A stretch of 64,000 nt of DNA from Felis catus (lineage: Eukaryota), in contig NC_058368.1 in NCBI RefSeq assembly GCF_018350175.1, forward strand, positions 22,818,001 to 22,882,000, in the 5' to 3' direction. A model generated the notes under the pieces. It was not told where the DNA came from. It saw nothing but the letters and a program-made list of their open reading frames with translations, and made no database searches. Positions 25,636 to 40,068 of the stretch are shown one piece after another. Within the stretch, counting starts at the first letter, position 1; every line of letters starts with the position of its first letter. The position numbers and the translations under genes were made by a program.

Positions 25636-26808
25636 TTTAAATTTACACCCAAGTTAGTCAGCATATAGTGCAACAATGATTTCAGGAGTAGATTCCTTAA
25701 TGCCCCTTACCTGTTTTAGCCCATCCCCCCTCCCACAATCCCTCCCGTAACCCTCTGTTTGTTCTCCATATTTAAGAGTCTCTTATGTTTTGTCTCCTCC
25801 TGATTTTTATATTATTTTTGCATCCCTTCCCTTGTGTTCATCTGTTCTGTGTCTTAAAGTCCTCATATGAGTGAAGTCATATGATATTTATCTTTCTCTA
25901 ATTTCGCTTAGCATAATACCCTCTAGTTCCATCCAGGTAGTTGCAAATGGCAACATTTCATTCTTTTAATTACCGAGTAATACTTCATGGTATATACTTA
26001 CCACATCTTCTTTATCCACTCATCTATTGATGGACATTTGGGCTCTTTCCATACTTTGGCTATTGTTGATAGTGCCGCTATAAACATTGGGGTGCATGTG
26101 CCCCTTCGAAACAACATACCTGTATCCCTTGGATAAATACCTAATAGTACAATTGCTGGGTCATACGGTAGTTCTATTTTTAACTTTCTGAGGAACCTCC
26201 ATACTGTTTTCCAGAGTGGCTGCTCCAGCTTGCACTCCCACCAGCAGTGGAAAAGAAATCCTCTTTCTCCGCATCCTCGCCAACATCTGTTGTTGCCAGA
26301 GCTGTTAATGTTAACCATTCTGACAGGTGTAAGGTGGCATCTCATTGTGGTTTTTATTGATATTTCCCTGATGATGAGTGATGTTGAGCATTTTTTCATG
26401 TGTTAGTTGGCCATCTGGATGTCTTCTTTGGAGAGGTGTCTATTCATGTCTTTTGCCCATTTCTTCACTGGATTATTTGTTTTTTGGGTGTTGAGTTTGA
26501 GAAATTCTTCATAGATTTTGGATACTAACCCTTTATCTGATACATCATTTGCAAATATCTTCTCCCATTCTGTCGGTTGCCTTTTAGTTTTGCTGATTGT
26601 TTCCTTCACTGTGCAAAAGCTTTTTATTTTGATGAGGTCCCAATAGTTCGTTTTTGCTTTTATTTCCATTGCCTCTGGAGACGTGTTGAGTAAGAAGTTG
26701 CTGAGGCGAAGATCAAAGAGGTTTCTGCCTGCTTTCTCGAGGATTTTGATGGCTTCCTGTCTTACATTGAGGTCTTTCATCCATTTTGAGTGTATTTTTG
26801 TATGTGGT
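25636..26808 (-). mobile_element. 5'-truncated feline L1 (ORF2 C-terminus and 3' UTR)
   Basis: ORFs 26403-26867 and 25998-26399 give [30 protein letters not shown] motifs. Confidence 0.95.
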
Positions 26809-26867
26809 ACACACAAATATTTAAAACAACCATGTACCCCAAAATGCATTTTTGGAAGTATTTTCAA

Positions 26868-27080
26868 GGGGCACCTGAGTGGGTCAGTCAGTTAAGGTCC
26901 GACTTTGGCTCAGGTCATGATCTCATGGTTCGTGGGTTCAAGTCCCAAGTTGGGCTCTATGCTGACAGCTCAGAGCCTGAAGCCTGTTCCTGATTCTGTG
27001 TCTCCTTCTCTCTGCCCCTCCCCTAATTATGCTTTCTCTCTGTCTCTCAAAAATAAATAAATGTTAAAAAAATTTTTTTT
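26868..27080 (+). mobile_element. CanSINE
   Basis: ggggcacctgagtgggtcagtcag head; aaaataaataaa tail. Confidence 0.92.
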
Positions 27081-27151
27081 TAATATTTTCTAAATTGATA
27101 TCTTCATCGACTCTTTCAAAAGCAATGAGAATATATCAATTTGGGTAGATC

Positions 27152-27346
27152 TTTTTTTTTAAACGTTTATTTATTTTTTAGAGAGACAGCATGAGTGGGG
27201 AAGGGGCTGAGAAAAAGGGGGACAGAGGAGCTGAAGCAGGCTCTGCGCTGCCAGCAGCAAGCCCCACACAGGGCTTAACTCATGCACTGTGAGCTCATGA
27301 CTTGAGCCGAAGTTGGACACTTAACTGACTAAACCACCCAGGTGCC
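27152..27346 (-). mobile_element. CanSINE
   Basis: Poly-T, ends ccacccaggtgcct; TSD agatctt. Confidence 0.9.
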
Positions 27347-27977
27347 TCAGATCTTATTTTATTTCAAATTAGGTTATTTTGTGGTATTGGGTATTATTTA
27401 AAGTCTTTTCTAAAGATGTAGCTCACACAATATGTTATATTTTGCATTTGTTGCATTAATTTTAAAATACTGTTTTAAGAAAGGAATTCCTAACTCAAAA
27501 TTAGCCAAGAATTCTAAAACTAGGTCAGGGTATACTTAAAGATGTTTGACATAATTGCTCTGGGTAGGCAGCTCCAAGCACGATGACAAAATTTATCCAA
27601 TTAAACTACTATAGCCATTTTTCTAAATGAAATATTACAGGAGTCAAAAGTCCACTCCTATCAGTACGATCTTCAATGGCCATGGCAAGCATATCCAATG
27701 AGAGCTTCCTCCATTATAGCAGTCATGATAAAATCATGTTCAAGAGTCATTATTTGTAGAACTTACCCTAAATACTGTGGGAAAGTTATTGTCCTTAATC
27801 CAAAGAAAAAATCTTATTCTAACTGAAAGTATAAGAAAACCTATAGTGAATATTTGCAAAATGAATAAGAATTCACATAGTAGGAGGAATACTATAAAAG
27901 GAACTAATAGAGTGTGAGAAACAGACATTAAAAGAGAAATAGGGTATGAAAGTTTGTGAAAAGAAACTAGCATGTCT

Positions 27978-28213
27978 GGGGGCGCCTGGGTGGCGCAGTC
28001 GGTTAGGCGTCCGACTTCACCCAGGTCACGATCTCGCGGTCCGCGAGTTCGAGCCCCGCGTCAGGCTCTGGGCTGATGGCTCAGAGCCTGGAGCCTGTTT
28101 CCGATTCTGTGTCTCCTTCTCTCTGCCCCGCCCCCATTCATGCTCTGTCTCTCTCTGTCTCAAAAATAAATAAATGTTAAAAAAAATTAAAAAAAAAAAA
28201 AAAGAAAGAAAAG
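27978..28213 (+). mobile_element. Young feline SINE with long A tail and ~19-bp TSD
   Basis: CpG-rich head; TSD aaaagaaactagcatgtct / aaaagaaaactagcatgtct. Confidence 0.95.
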
Positions 28214-29599
28214 AAAAGAAACTAGCATGTCTGAATATGAAAATCAGTTTTTGTCAAACTGTGAAAGAAGAGAGGGTTTTAACTGAAAAGAAAAGCACAA
28301 AAAGGGTGGCTAAGAGTTCAAAGGTGAGGAATAAACATGCTTGCCATGCTGAAGTGAGGAATCACCCAATTATCTATAAATAATGCTGACGGCAAGGATT
28401 TGTAAAAAAGTAAAAGAACAAAAACATATATCCTATGATTAAATAATCACAATTAAAGTCATTTTTCTCAATAAGTTTTGCCTTAGCTAAGGCCTCTCTA
28501 TCAGATTTATACCTTTGGGAATGTAACTAGTACCCCTTACTTATATATCTTATTCCATGACAGCAAATATTGCATCAGGTTTAACCTATTTGTAGTGCCA
28601 AAGTTTTGTGTCAAAAATTATTTAATGACTGGACAGTGAATTGATTTCAAGAAAACAAAGCTTAGAAAGTTATTATATTGTGCCATATATCTTTAAGTGT
28701 AACACAAGTTCAGAATCTCTAACGATTAATTTTAAGTTTAGACTATCAATGGCCTAGGTCATCCTTAGAATACCACAATTATATTTTATAAGGTAAACTC
28801 TTACTTTCTGATATAGCTTCTAACTTAGCTGGAAAGTCAGGGCCCCCAAGGAAGCTTTATTAAAAACACAGGTCAGATTTCTCCTCAACCCCTAAAATTC
28901 TGATAATGCCAGGTATAATTCTAATAATATCTACATTTTAGAAAAGTTTCTTGCTAGAGTCTAATGCAATCCCACCATTCCAGCTTCTTCCCATGCCATC
29001 CCTGCCATATCTCCCTTATATTTCTCTCTCCTCTGCCACTCCCTCAAGAACTAACTTTATTTTTCTAATTCTGGTATAAACTTGTAAAAACTGACTCACT
29101 CTTTCTTAAATAGAAATACTATTGTAATAACTCCACTTCTGCCTTCTTAGGTTTCAAAGGCATCCTTTCAACCTAAACTATATGTTCTAGAATGCTAATA
29201 ACCCAGGTAAATTTGAGATCAGATACAAAAGTGTAGTCTCTACTGTGAAACTCAAAAATTTCCTAACTCATAACATAGTCAATCATTGACAGAAGACTTT
29301 TGGTTCTCATTTTCCCAACATTTGGGCTAAAGTGATGATAGGGTAAGATGGCAGAATATTAGAAACATTTCACTAACTTTATGAGAACTAATTTTGAGAC
29401 ATACAGCAAAAACTTGGTGTTGTCTGGTGAGGGTACCACACTGTAAGGTAGAATAACAACTGTGATCTTCCTTGCTATCATATCTAATGTTGATAACTAT
29501 GATTAATGATGCAAAGTCATTACCACATACTTCATAATATTTTACTTCCTTCACTACCAAAATTCTGTCTTCTTGATTCTCTCAATTTAAGAACAGTAC

Positions 29600-30380
29600 T
29601 AGTTAATGCTTACTGAGTATCTACTGTATGCCAACTTCTATGCTAAATATTTTAGAAACATGGTCTCATGTAATCCTCATAGTAAATCTATAAAATACAT
29701 ACTATTATTATCCTCATTTTACAGACAGAGAACCTCAAGTACAGAAGAAATTCTCCCCAGGTCATATGGCCAATAAATTGTGGAGCAGGGATTTAAACCC
29801 AAGTCTATTTAGAGGTTGTGTGCTATTAGCTCCTATACAATGATGTAAACCATGTTCATTTGTTCATTTTCTCTTCATTCTTTTGCCGACTGTCATGCTT
29901 TTAGCCACATTTCCACGGCGGTGTCTTGCCCTACAATTAGCTCTACTCCCCACAATTCCATCTATCATTCATTCATTCATTCATTCATCCATTCCACAAA
30001 TACTCACATTCTGTGACAGGCACTACGCCACTAGGAAGAATGTAACATTAATGACAGTACCTACCACGATGGGTTATTGTGAGAATTAAGTAAACTACAC
30101 AAAGGCTTTGAACAGTACATGGCACATATTAAGCATTCAATAATGTTGCCCTTGAAGAGTTTACAGATTTACTGAATACCAGGCAAAGCACCCAACACGT
30201 TATTTATATTATTTCATCCCCACAACAAACTCTAGAGGAAGGTACTATTTTTTATGTCATTTTACAAGTGAAGAAAGGTAGGCTAAGATTAAATTGCTCA
30301 AAGGCACAGATAATAAATGGTGGATCCAGGATTTGGCCCCAAGCTTTTTGACTCCAAAGCCCTTGTTTTTTAATCCCTAT
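29600..30380. mobile_element. MIR and L2 cluster
   Basis: ttactgagtatctactgtatgcca..cattttacagacagaga..ggatttaaacccaag; (ATTC)n at ~29965; further MIR pieces to ~30380. Confidence 0.7.
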
Positions 30381-31044
30381 GCTACAGTCTCTAGTCTAGT
30401 GAAGGAAACAGATAAATAAATTAAAAAGCAACAATACAGAGCGTTAAGTTCCATAATCAAAGGATACGCACAGGGTATATACTGGAAATCAAGAGAAGGA
30501 CATCGAATCCAGATTAGGTACATTGCGGAAAACTTCCTGGAAGATTATGCCTGATTTGAGTCCCAAAGACAGAAGTCATTTCAGTGGAAAGCAGACTAGA
30601 TGGCTCTGAACAAGAGAAAATATGACCCTAGAGATGTCATATAGCTCCCATAAAATGAGGAAGCTAATACTTCCTTATAGGGTTGGCTGTTATAAAAATC
30701 AAATGAGATGATAAGCATTAAGTATTCAAAATGGCGTCAGGGACATAAGCCCTTAAAACTCAGATGATTCATTCCATAGAGCTAAAACATAGAGTTTATT
30801 GCAAGGAAACAGCAGAGGATTAACTAATTAAAGGATTTTAAGCAGGTGACTAGCAGGGTGCAGATGAGACCTTTAGAGAGCTCTAAAATAAAATCCCAGT
30901 GCTTAGCACATAATGGATACTCAAGAAATATTTCTAGAATGTTATACAACATAGCCATATCATGGGTTAAATTAAAATACAGCAAAACACAAAGAAGAAA
31001 AGTGATGACATGATTTTCTTTCTAATTGACATTAAATATCAACT

Positions 31045-31534
31045 ATGGCACCCAGCCTCCACACCAATAATCCCTGACAATGGGTTATTTACACCCTTGT
31101 GAAGACCCCTTCTATACTGTACCAGGGTTAGTCTGTCTGGTCAATGGCATATGGCAGAGGCGATGGCATGTCACTTCTGAGTTAGCTTATAAAAAATGTG
31201 CAGTTTCAACTCCGGCTCCCGGAAGTCCCATGGAGAGAGGTCCATGTGGCAAAGAAAAGAAGCCTCTGGCTAACAGCCAGTGAAGAAGTAAGGCCTACCA
31301 ACAACCATGTGAGTGAACTTGAAGGCAGATTCTCCAGCTCCAGCAAAGCCCTAACCTGACTGCAACCTCAGTTAAGAACTTGAGGGTCTCTCCTGAGAGA
31401 ACAAGAGCCAAAACCACACAGCAAAGCCACTCCCATATTTCTGACCTTCAGAAACTTGTAAAATAGCACACTTTAGTTATTTTAAGTTGCTACACCTTGG
31501 GGTAATTCTTTACACAGCAAATAGATAACGCAGC
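31045..31534 (+). mobile_element. MaLR (MLT1-type) solo LTR
   Basis: atggagagaggtccatgtggcaaaga..gccaaaaccacacagcaaagccactccc..tttaagttgctac..ggggtaattctttacacagcaaatagataac. Confidence 0.8.
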
Positions 31535-32779
31535 AAATGGTTTTTTCAAAGACTACAAAGAAAATATTTAGTGGAATACTTAACTTTTGAAAATTATGTA
31601 TTTATATCTACATTGTATCCAGGACTCAGAAAGCAGTTTTTCTCTCAGACGCAGGCAAGCTGTCTCATTTCATTACTTAGCTACTGAAGTTAACTGCCAG
31701 CATAATCACTTTCTGGACAACACTTCACTCTGTTTTGCCACTTAATTTTGTGATATAAACCAGACTTTATCAGCAAGATTAGAATAAATCCCACTGAGTA
31801 AATAATATGGATAGAAAAAGCAGAAGCTGTAAGTCTACATATTTCATGATGTTAATTATGAAATTAACTATTAGAATAATTTCTAAAAGCAAGCATGAAC
31901 TTTGGAATTCCAGAGAGTCAAGAACTTAAAGGCTATCAAGTTGAGGTGTTCCTAAAAGTGATTGTAATTATCCAAGTAAGCACAAGGTCTCTAGTGCTAG
32001 TAGATAAATTAATAATAGAAGTGGAAAGCAGGAATTGCTATTGTTTTCTGGATATTTTCAGGAATATTATTAGACCTGCATTACAGGAAATGTTTTTGTA
32101 CTATCCTAAGCCAAATCATTAGAAGATAATTTTGCCTTGCAAAAGGAACTTGAATAGAAAATAGATAATCTATGGCTGGCCTTGACCTTTCTGACAGTTC
32201 TTTCCCATTTTACTTTACTACTTTTTCAATATTGATATTCCTCAGGATGCTCTTCCCAATATATATGCTGGCTGAGCCATTATCATGGCTTTAATTATAG
32301 CTATTCTACTCCTAAATCTGCTTTCTGACTAAAGCTTCTCATTCAAGTTCCAGATCCATTATTTCCAACTAGATATCTCAGCCCTCCAGATGGATATGTG
32401 GCAAACCCATCAAATATTCAAATGTTCAAACATTAACATGAACTCATTATCCTCATCACCAATCAGCTATGACTCCTTCAATATCCTCTATAGTTAACTG
32501 TGTTATCAACCACCTAACCACTGACAGTACATAGAAATCTTAGAATTATCCTTACTTCCATCCAGGCTCCTAATCTTTGGAGGTTCATACTTTTACTTTT
32601 AAGGTATTTATATCTTTATATTTAAAACCGGTATATTGTAAACAGAACAGAGTTGGGTCTTTGTTTTTTAACCACTTTGAGAATCTTTGACTTTTAATTG
32701 GGGGTGCTGACACCATTTATATTTAATGCAATTGTTGCTAATGGTTAGTTTAAATACTACATCTATTTGTCCCATCATC

Positions 32780-34372
32780 TTGTTTTTCCCTTCTTGAAAA
32801 GGTACAAAAGCAAATCAATGGAAAAAGGATTGGCTTTATAACAAATAGTGATGAAAAAATGAATATCCGGATATAAGCCAAAATAATAGAACCTTGACTT
32901 AAATCCTAAACCTTGTACAAAAATAAAATAAAAATGGGGCACTAGGCTGGAACATGCAACTCTTGATCTCAGGGTTGTGAGTTCCAGTGCCATGGGTATA
33001 GAGATTACTTAAAAAAATAATCTTTAAAAAAGTTTTTTAAAGGCTAAAAATGAATCATACACTTACATATAAAATGTGAAGCTATAAAACTTTTTAAAAA
33101 GGCATAGGGGAAAACCTTCGGGATCTTAGACTCGATACCACAAGCATGATCTATGAAAGAAAAATTAATAAGTAGGACTTCATCAAAATTAAAATATTTT
33201 GCTATGAGAAAGACCACAGAAGAGGATGAAAAAAGAGCTACAGACTAGGAGAAATTATTTGTAAGCCACCTCCCTAGTAAAAGACTAGTATCTAATATAT
33301 AAAGAATTTGTAAAACTCAATGATAATAAAACAATCCAACAAGAAAATGGGCAGATAATGAAGAGAGCTTTTAGTAAAGAGGAAATACAGATCACGAATA
33401 ATCATAGGAAAAGATATTCAATATCATTAGCCATCATCCTAATAGGAAATGTAAATTAGAACCTCAGTGAGCTCTCCCTATACTATCGGAATGACTCAAA
33501 TAAAAAAAAATGGTGACAATACCATATGATGGCAAGAAGGCAGAGAAACTGGAACCCTCATGTATTGCTGGTGGGGATTTAAAATGGTACAACCACTCTG
33601 GAAAATACTTTGGCAGTCTCATTAAACAACACACACAATAACCATACAATTCTGCAATTATACTCTGGGTATTTATCCCAAAGTAATGAAAACTCAAGTT
33701 CATATAAAACCTATGCACTAATGTCCAAAGCAGCTTTTACTTGTGATAGCTAGAAACTGGAATCAGGCCAGATATTCTTCAATATGAGTATAGTTAAAAA
33801 AAAAAAAAAAAAACTGTTGTACATTCAGGGGTGCCTCGGTGGCTCACTCCATTAAATGCATGACTCTTGGTTTTGGCTCAGGTCATGATTTCACAGTTTG
33901 TGAGTTCAAGCCCCATATTGGACTCTGTGCTGACAGTGTGGAGCCTGCTTGGGGTTCTCTCTCTCCCTCTCTCTCTCTCTGACCCTCCACCATTTGCACT
34001 CTGTGTCTCTCAAAATAAACTTTAAAAACAAAAGTAAAAAAAAAACAAAACTGTAGTACATTTATACTATGGAATACTAGTCAGCAATTAAAAGGCATTA
34101 ACTATTGATAAATGCAGTATCTTAAATGCATCTCTAGAAAATTAGGCTGAGTGGGAAAAAAAAAAACAAACCATAATCCTAAAACGGTAATTGTATTTTA
34201 TTCCATTTATATTACATTCTGAAATAAAAAAATTTTAGAAATAGAAGGCAGACTAATAGTGACCAGGGGTTAGGGACAGGCATGAGGGGCTATAGGGATG
34301 TGGGTTTAGTTCCCTGTATGATACAAGCGTTCAGTATCTTGACTGTGATGGTAGATATATGAACCTACACAC
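32780..34372 (+). mobile_element. Old L1 3' portion with SINEs at ~32936-33030 and 33828-34045
   Basis: ggacttcatcaaaattaaaa, gagaaactggaaccctcatgtattgctggtggg, tactatggaatactagtcagcaat. Confidence 0.85.
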
Positions 34373-34693
34373 ATCGTTCCCAGGTCAGGCTGCCAGATGT
34401 GTCTTAGTTGGGGGTGTGTGGTGGGGGTGGGTGGGTAAAATATTCTTTACTGGTGTTCCTCTACGGTCCTGCTGTCTCTAAGGCAAGGAAGGGAAGTCTT
34501 GGGACAGGCTGCCTGTTGTGGCTGTGTCCATTCTGCTGGTTCCATTTGCTGCACAAAGTCTCCTGATGGGGCAAGGGGATCTTAGGAGTCTTGGGCTTGT
34601 GGTAACAGTACCTGAAGCAAAATGTCTGATGCTATTTCAGGACTCTGCTAACAGAGCAACGGTATAATAATTTGTCTATTAAAAAAATCTTTG

Positions 34694-34922
34694 TGGGTCA
34701 TGTGGGTGGCTCAGTCGGTTAAGCGACTCACTTCAGCTCGGGTCATGATCTCACGGTTCCTGAGTATAAGCCCCGTGTAGGGCTCTGTACTGACAGCTCA
34801 GAGCCTGAAGCATGCTTCAGATTCAGTGTCTCCCTCTCTCTCTCTGCCCCTCCCCCACTCCCTTTCCCTCAAGAATAAACATCTAAATAAATAAATAAAT
34901 TAATTAATTAATTAATTAATAA
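34694..34922 (+). mobile_element. CanSINE with (TAAA)n(TAAT)n tail
   Basis: gggtggctcagtcggttaagcg head. Confidence 0.9.
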
Positions 34923-36086
34923 AATCTTTTTCATTATTTATACTGAATCCCAAAACACATTCAAAGTTGAGTTCTTAACCTTTGAAGTTTCAATTTATAG
35001 TGTTATCAAATACAAAGTATTATTATTGAAAAGATTATTTCTTCTAATTATCAATATTTTAAGAACATATTTTCACATAACCTTTAAATAAATATGAAGG
35101 TAACAGATTAAAGTTTTAAGATATGCTCCTTCTCAAGAAGAAACTAGTTCAAATCTGAATAAAATAAACTATCCACATCTCTAGTTCAGCTGAAAATTTT
35201 CTCAAAGATATCAGTGTTTTATAATGCAGAGCATATCTACTGAAAGACATTTTAATTAACAGGGAAACAGCTTTATAAAATAAGAATTAAGCCTTGATAG
35301 TGTTTCTGACTAGTAATTTTAAATGGTTTATTTTAAATAAAGTCTGTCTTCTGTAGCATACTTATTAAGGCTCATTTGGCGGCAGAAATTCCCTGATCAG
35401 ACTCATCTCCAGCACCTTTACTGCTTTGAGAAAGTCCCTGAAAAAGCCTTCTCTGTATTAGAAAGCAAGGCAGCAGAATCTCAACTCTCTTCTTCAGACA
35501 GTATACATCTTAGACAAGAATTTTATTGCTTCTAATCATTTTTTTTTAATTTATAAAATAGTGACTATAAAATGACTTTAAGTGCTTTAAATCATCAAAG
35601 TACCTTTTCCTATTTTCTAATTAATCTAGGTGTACTTTTATAAACAGAAAAACACATGAGTATTTTTTTAAAAAAGATTAAAGTCTAAAAAGTTAATCTA
35701 CTCCTAAGAGGTTATATTTTAGAGATATCAATAGTTTACATTTAAATGTATGTTCATGTCAGAAATTAGTTTATTTTTCATATTGTTTAAAATGGACAGT
35801 GACTAAAATCATTTTGAGAAATTTATGGTGAGACATAATTTAAAAGATACAGTGGAAATGTTACTATCTAATAGCACATTAAAAAAAAAAGCACTGTTCC
35901 CTTCTAAACCTCAAAGATAATTATTGTTTGATTTCAACTACGTAAGTATACTAGCAAAGACTTAAATTAAACCTAGATCTTGGGGCACCTGTCTGGCTCA
36001 GTCCATGGACTCGGGGTTGTGAGTTCAAGCACCACACTGGGTGTAGAGATCTTAAAAATAAAATCTTAAGAAACAAACAAACAAAC

Positions 36087-37196
36087 CTAGAACCTAAGTG
36101 TTCACTGATGGGTGAATGGATAAAGAAAATGTGCTATATATATAAGATTCAGCCATAAAAAAGAAGAAAATCTTGCTGTTTGTTGACAGTTCAGAGGGAC
36201 CTTGAGGGCATTATGCTAAGTGAAGTCAGAGAAAAACAAATACAGTATGGTCTCACTTATATGTAGAATTTAAAAAACATCCAACACTGAGTACATAGAA
36301 TAGATGTGAATGCCAGAGGGGTAGAGGGGTGGGCAAAATGGGTAAAGGGGGTCAAAAGATCCAAAATTCCAGTTATGAAATAAGTAAGTTATAAGGAGGT
36401 AATGTTATAATATACAGCATGGTTACCACAGTTAATTATACTGTACTGTATAGTTTGAAAGTTGCTAAGATAGTAAATCTTAAAAGTCCTCCTCACAAGA
36501 AAAATTTGCCACTATGTATGGCAATAAATGTTAACTATACTTTTTGTGATAATCATTTCACAATATACACAGATACTGAATCATTATAGTGTACACCTAA
36601 AAATATGTTATATGTCATTTATATCTCAATAAAAAAGCTTTCGCATAGCAAAGGAGACAATCAACAATACTAAAAGGCAACCAACAGAATGGGAGGAGAT
36701 ATTTTCAAATAACATATAAAGAATTAGTATCCAAAATTTATAAAAAACTTTTCAAACTCAACACCCAAAAAATAAATAACCCAGTGAAGAAATGGGGAGA
36801 AGACATGAATAGACATTCTTCCAAGGACATCATACAGATGGCCAACAGACAGAGAAATGTAAATCAAAACTATAATGAGATATCACTTCACACCTGTCAG
36901 AATGGCTAAAATCAACAACACAAGAAACAACACGTGTTGGCAAGGAGGTGGAGAAAAGAGGACCTCTCTTGCACTGCTGATAGGAATCCAAACTGGTGCA
37001 CCACTCTAGAAAACAGTATGGAGGTTCCTCAAAAAGGTAAAAGCAGAACTACCCTGTGATCCAGCAAAGGATACAAAAATACTAATTCATAGGGATATAT
37101 GCACCCCAATGTTTACAGCAGCATTATCTACAATAGCCAAGATATTGAAGTAGCCCAAGTGTCCATCAACTGATGAATGGATAAAGAGGTGGCATG

Positions 37197-37227
<31 letters not shown>

Positions 37228-37870
37228 GCGCACACACATATATAGTGGAATATTACTCAACCATCAAAAAGAACGAAATCTTGGGGTATCTGGGTGGCTC
37301 AGTCAGTTGAGCGTCTGACTTTAGCTCAGGTCATGATCTTGCAGTTTGTGAGTTCAAGCCCCACATTGGGCTCTGCACTAACAGTGTGGAGCCTGCTTGG
37401 GATTCTCTCTCTCCCTCTCTCTCTGCCCTTATCCCACTCTTTCTCTCTCTCTCTCTCTCTCAAAATAAATAACTAAAATTTAAAAAAAAAGGGGGGGGGA
37501 GAATTAACATCTTGCTATTTGCAACAATATGGATGGAGCCAGAGAGTATAAGGCTAAATCAAGTAAGTCGGTCAGAGAAGGACAAACACTGTATGATTTT
37601 ACTCATATGCAGAATTTAAGAAACAAAACAAACGAGCAAAGGGGGAAATACAAAGAGAGAGACAAACCAACAAACAGACTCTTTTAACTATAGAGAACAA
37701 ACTGATAGTTACCAGAAGGGAGGGGGATGAGGGGATGGGTTAAACAGGTGATGGGGATTAAGGAGTACACTTGCTGTGATGAGCACTGAGTAATGTATGG
37801 AAGTGCTGAATCACTATATTGTACACCTAAACTATTACTACACTGTATGTTAACTGGAATTTAAATTTAA
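36087..37870 (+). mobile_element. Two consecutive L1 3' ends, with a SINE at 37283-37490 and (CA)n at ~37195-37240
   Basis: First copy ends ...atctcaataaaaaa at ~36636; second starts immediately and ends ...taactggaatttaaa. Confidence 0.85.
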
Positions 37871-39835
37871 TATATATATTTTATAAAAACTAGAAAAATT
37901 ACAGACAGCTGATTTATTAGAATAGTAGAGTTATGCTCCCTTTTCTCTAATTTTTTCTATTTCTCTTATTATTGCTCTTAAAGAGCCTTAATAATATCTC
38001 TCCAACATTATAAATAATAAATTTATTCCTAGGAAAAATTATTGAAAAGCCAGTCTCATGGAATGATGTCATATGTGTCTAGCAAATGGAGTTGTGTCAG
38101 AGAAAAGTGAAGTCACGGTTCCAAGAACGAGAGTAGGGCTTGGTAACGGTTACGTGTCAGAGCAGAGGAGTAAGGAAAAGAGTTGGCTCCTTGAAGCACT
38201 GACACAATGCCAAGAATCTAAAGGTGAATCCACAATTAGGATACCATGTGATGATGAAGAAAAGACAACGGTAATGTAAGTAGATCCCAGACTGGAGCAT
38301 ATGTAGGACAGATAATTAACAGAGGTCAAGGAAGTCAACTGACATAGGCTGTCAGATGTTGCTGTTACCAGGGAAACTGAACCCAGGAGAAAATTCAGTC
38401 CTGAGGTAGTAAGGTGCTAGTCAAAGCACCAAAGAGTAAAAGACAAACCTGATAACTGCAAAGAGAGGCAGAAATCAGGGTGGGGGTCTGACTTGAAATT
38501 AACTATAGACCTGGAGCTCCTTTTAATGAAAGACAGGACTCTCCTAAAAGGATTTAGTTTCAAGAACCTGATGAGTAGCCAAAACCAAACTAAACCAAGC
38601 CAATCCCAGTTTATAAGGTATCACACAAAACAAAAATCAGAAGTAGGTATGTGGAATTTTATCAAATTGAAACGCTATTTAGAAATTTCCAGTTGCCATG
38701 AAAATTTTGGTTACGTGAACCTGGTGAGTGAATTATTTAAGATGAGGCTGGAAATACAAACTGGGGAGGGCATTTTTAAAGACTGGTTCATTCCTTCACT
38801 TCTTTCAAGTCTTTGTTCAAATGTCCCTTTATCAACAAGCCCTTCCTAGGACTCTCTATAGAACACCTTGCTTTTCCTCCTAAATGTATTTTTCTTTTAG
38901 AGACCTTACTACCATTTGACCAATTATATAATTATTTGTTGATTGCCCATCTCCCCCAAATAAATATAAGGTCAGGAATTTTTTTTTCCTCTGCTGTAAT
39001 CCTAGTACCTGGAAGAGTACACAACTGGCATTCCGGAAATATTTGCTATTGAATAAACAAATATCAGCAGACCCAAGATCAAACACAACATAAAAAGGAA
39101 AAATAATTTAAAATAATTTAAATGTCCCTATCCTATTTCCCTATCTATATAACCAGGACAACAATCTAGTAACTGTTTTTTGGTCTGGCTGAAGCAGTCC
39201 ACTTTTAACTAAAAAACAACAACAAAAAGCTGGGCTTTGAAAGGGGCCCTATTGTAGAGTCAGTCCTTCCGGTCTTTTGTTTCTAACCTTTCCTAGGCAG
39301 CACTGGTGACATCTGGGTATGGATAGGAAACTCTCAAGTTTTCCAAGAATGTGAAATCAGTTGATTAAAATAATCACACCAACAAACCAATAAAAGAAGT
39401 AACCATGGAAATTTTGTTCTGCAAAAGGATTGGAGTGGTTTAGAATCTTATTAATTCTTCCATATACCTTGAGTATCAGTATCTGTTAAAAGAGCCAGTC
39501 TCTCTGAATTCTAGTTAAGAGTAAAACATCTGCATAAATGCTTAAATATGTTTCCACTATTAAGTGTATTTGCAATCGTGTTCACAGAGCTAGATCTTAA
39601 AAATCTGTCATTTGAAAGCAAAAAAAAAAAAAAAAAAAAAAAAAGGAAAAAAAATCTAAATTAGGTGCACTCATTTTTATTTTAAAGGCCAAAACTTTAA
39701 AAAAAATGAAAATATTAATTTGGGTATCAAAAACTGTGAACCAGGGGCACCTAGCTGCCTCAGCCAGTAAAGCCTATGTGACTGTTGATCTCAGGGTTGT
39801 GGGTTTAAGCCCTACAATGGATGTGGAGCCCTACT

Positions 39836-40068
39836 TTCTTTCTTTCTTTATTTTTTTTATTTTTTAACGTTTATTTATTTTTGAGACAGGGAGAGACAGA
39901 GCATGAACGGGGGAGGGTCAGAGAGAGAGGGAGACACAGAATCTGAAACAGGCTCCAGGCTCTGAGCTGTCAGCCCAGAGCCTGACGCGGGGCTCAAACT
40001 CACGGACCGCGAGATCATGACCTGAGCCGAAGTCGGACGCTTAACCGACTGAGCCACCCAGGCGCCCC
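39836..40068 (-). mobile_element. Young feline SINE inserted in an opposite-strand short SINE (from 39744)
   Basis: TSD gtggagccctacttt at 39823-39837 and 40069-40083. Confidence 0.94.

Noticed and set aside
38060..38540. Purine-rich non-SINE stretch with short ORFs and a TGATGTCA motif
   Set aside because: Probably an ancient LTR-type remnant; I could not assign a family or any coding signal
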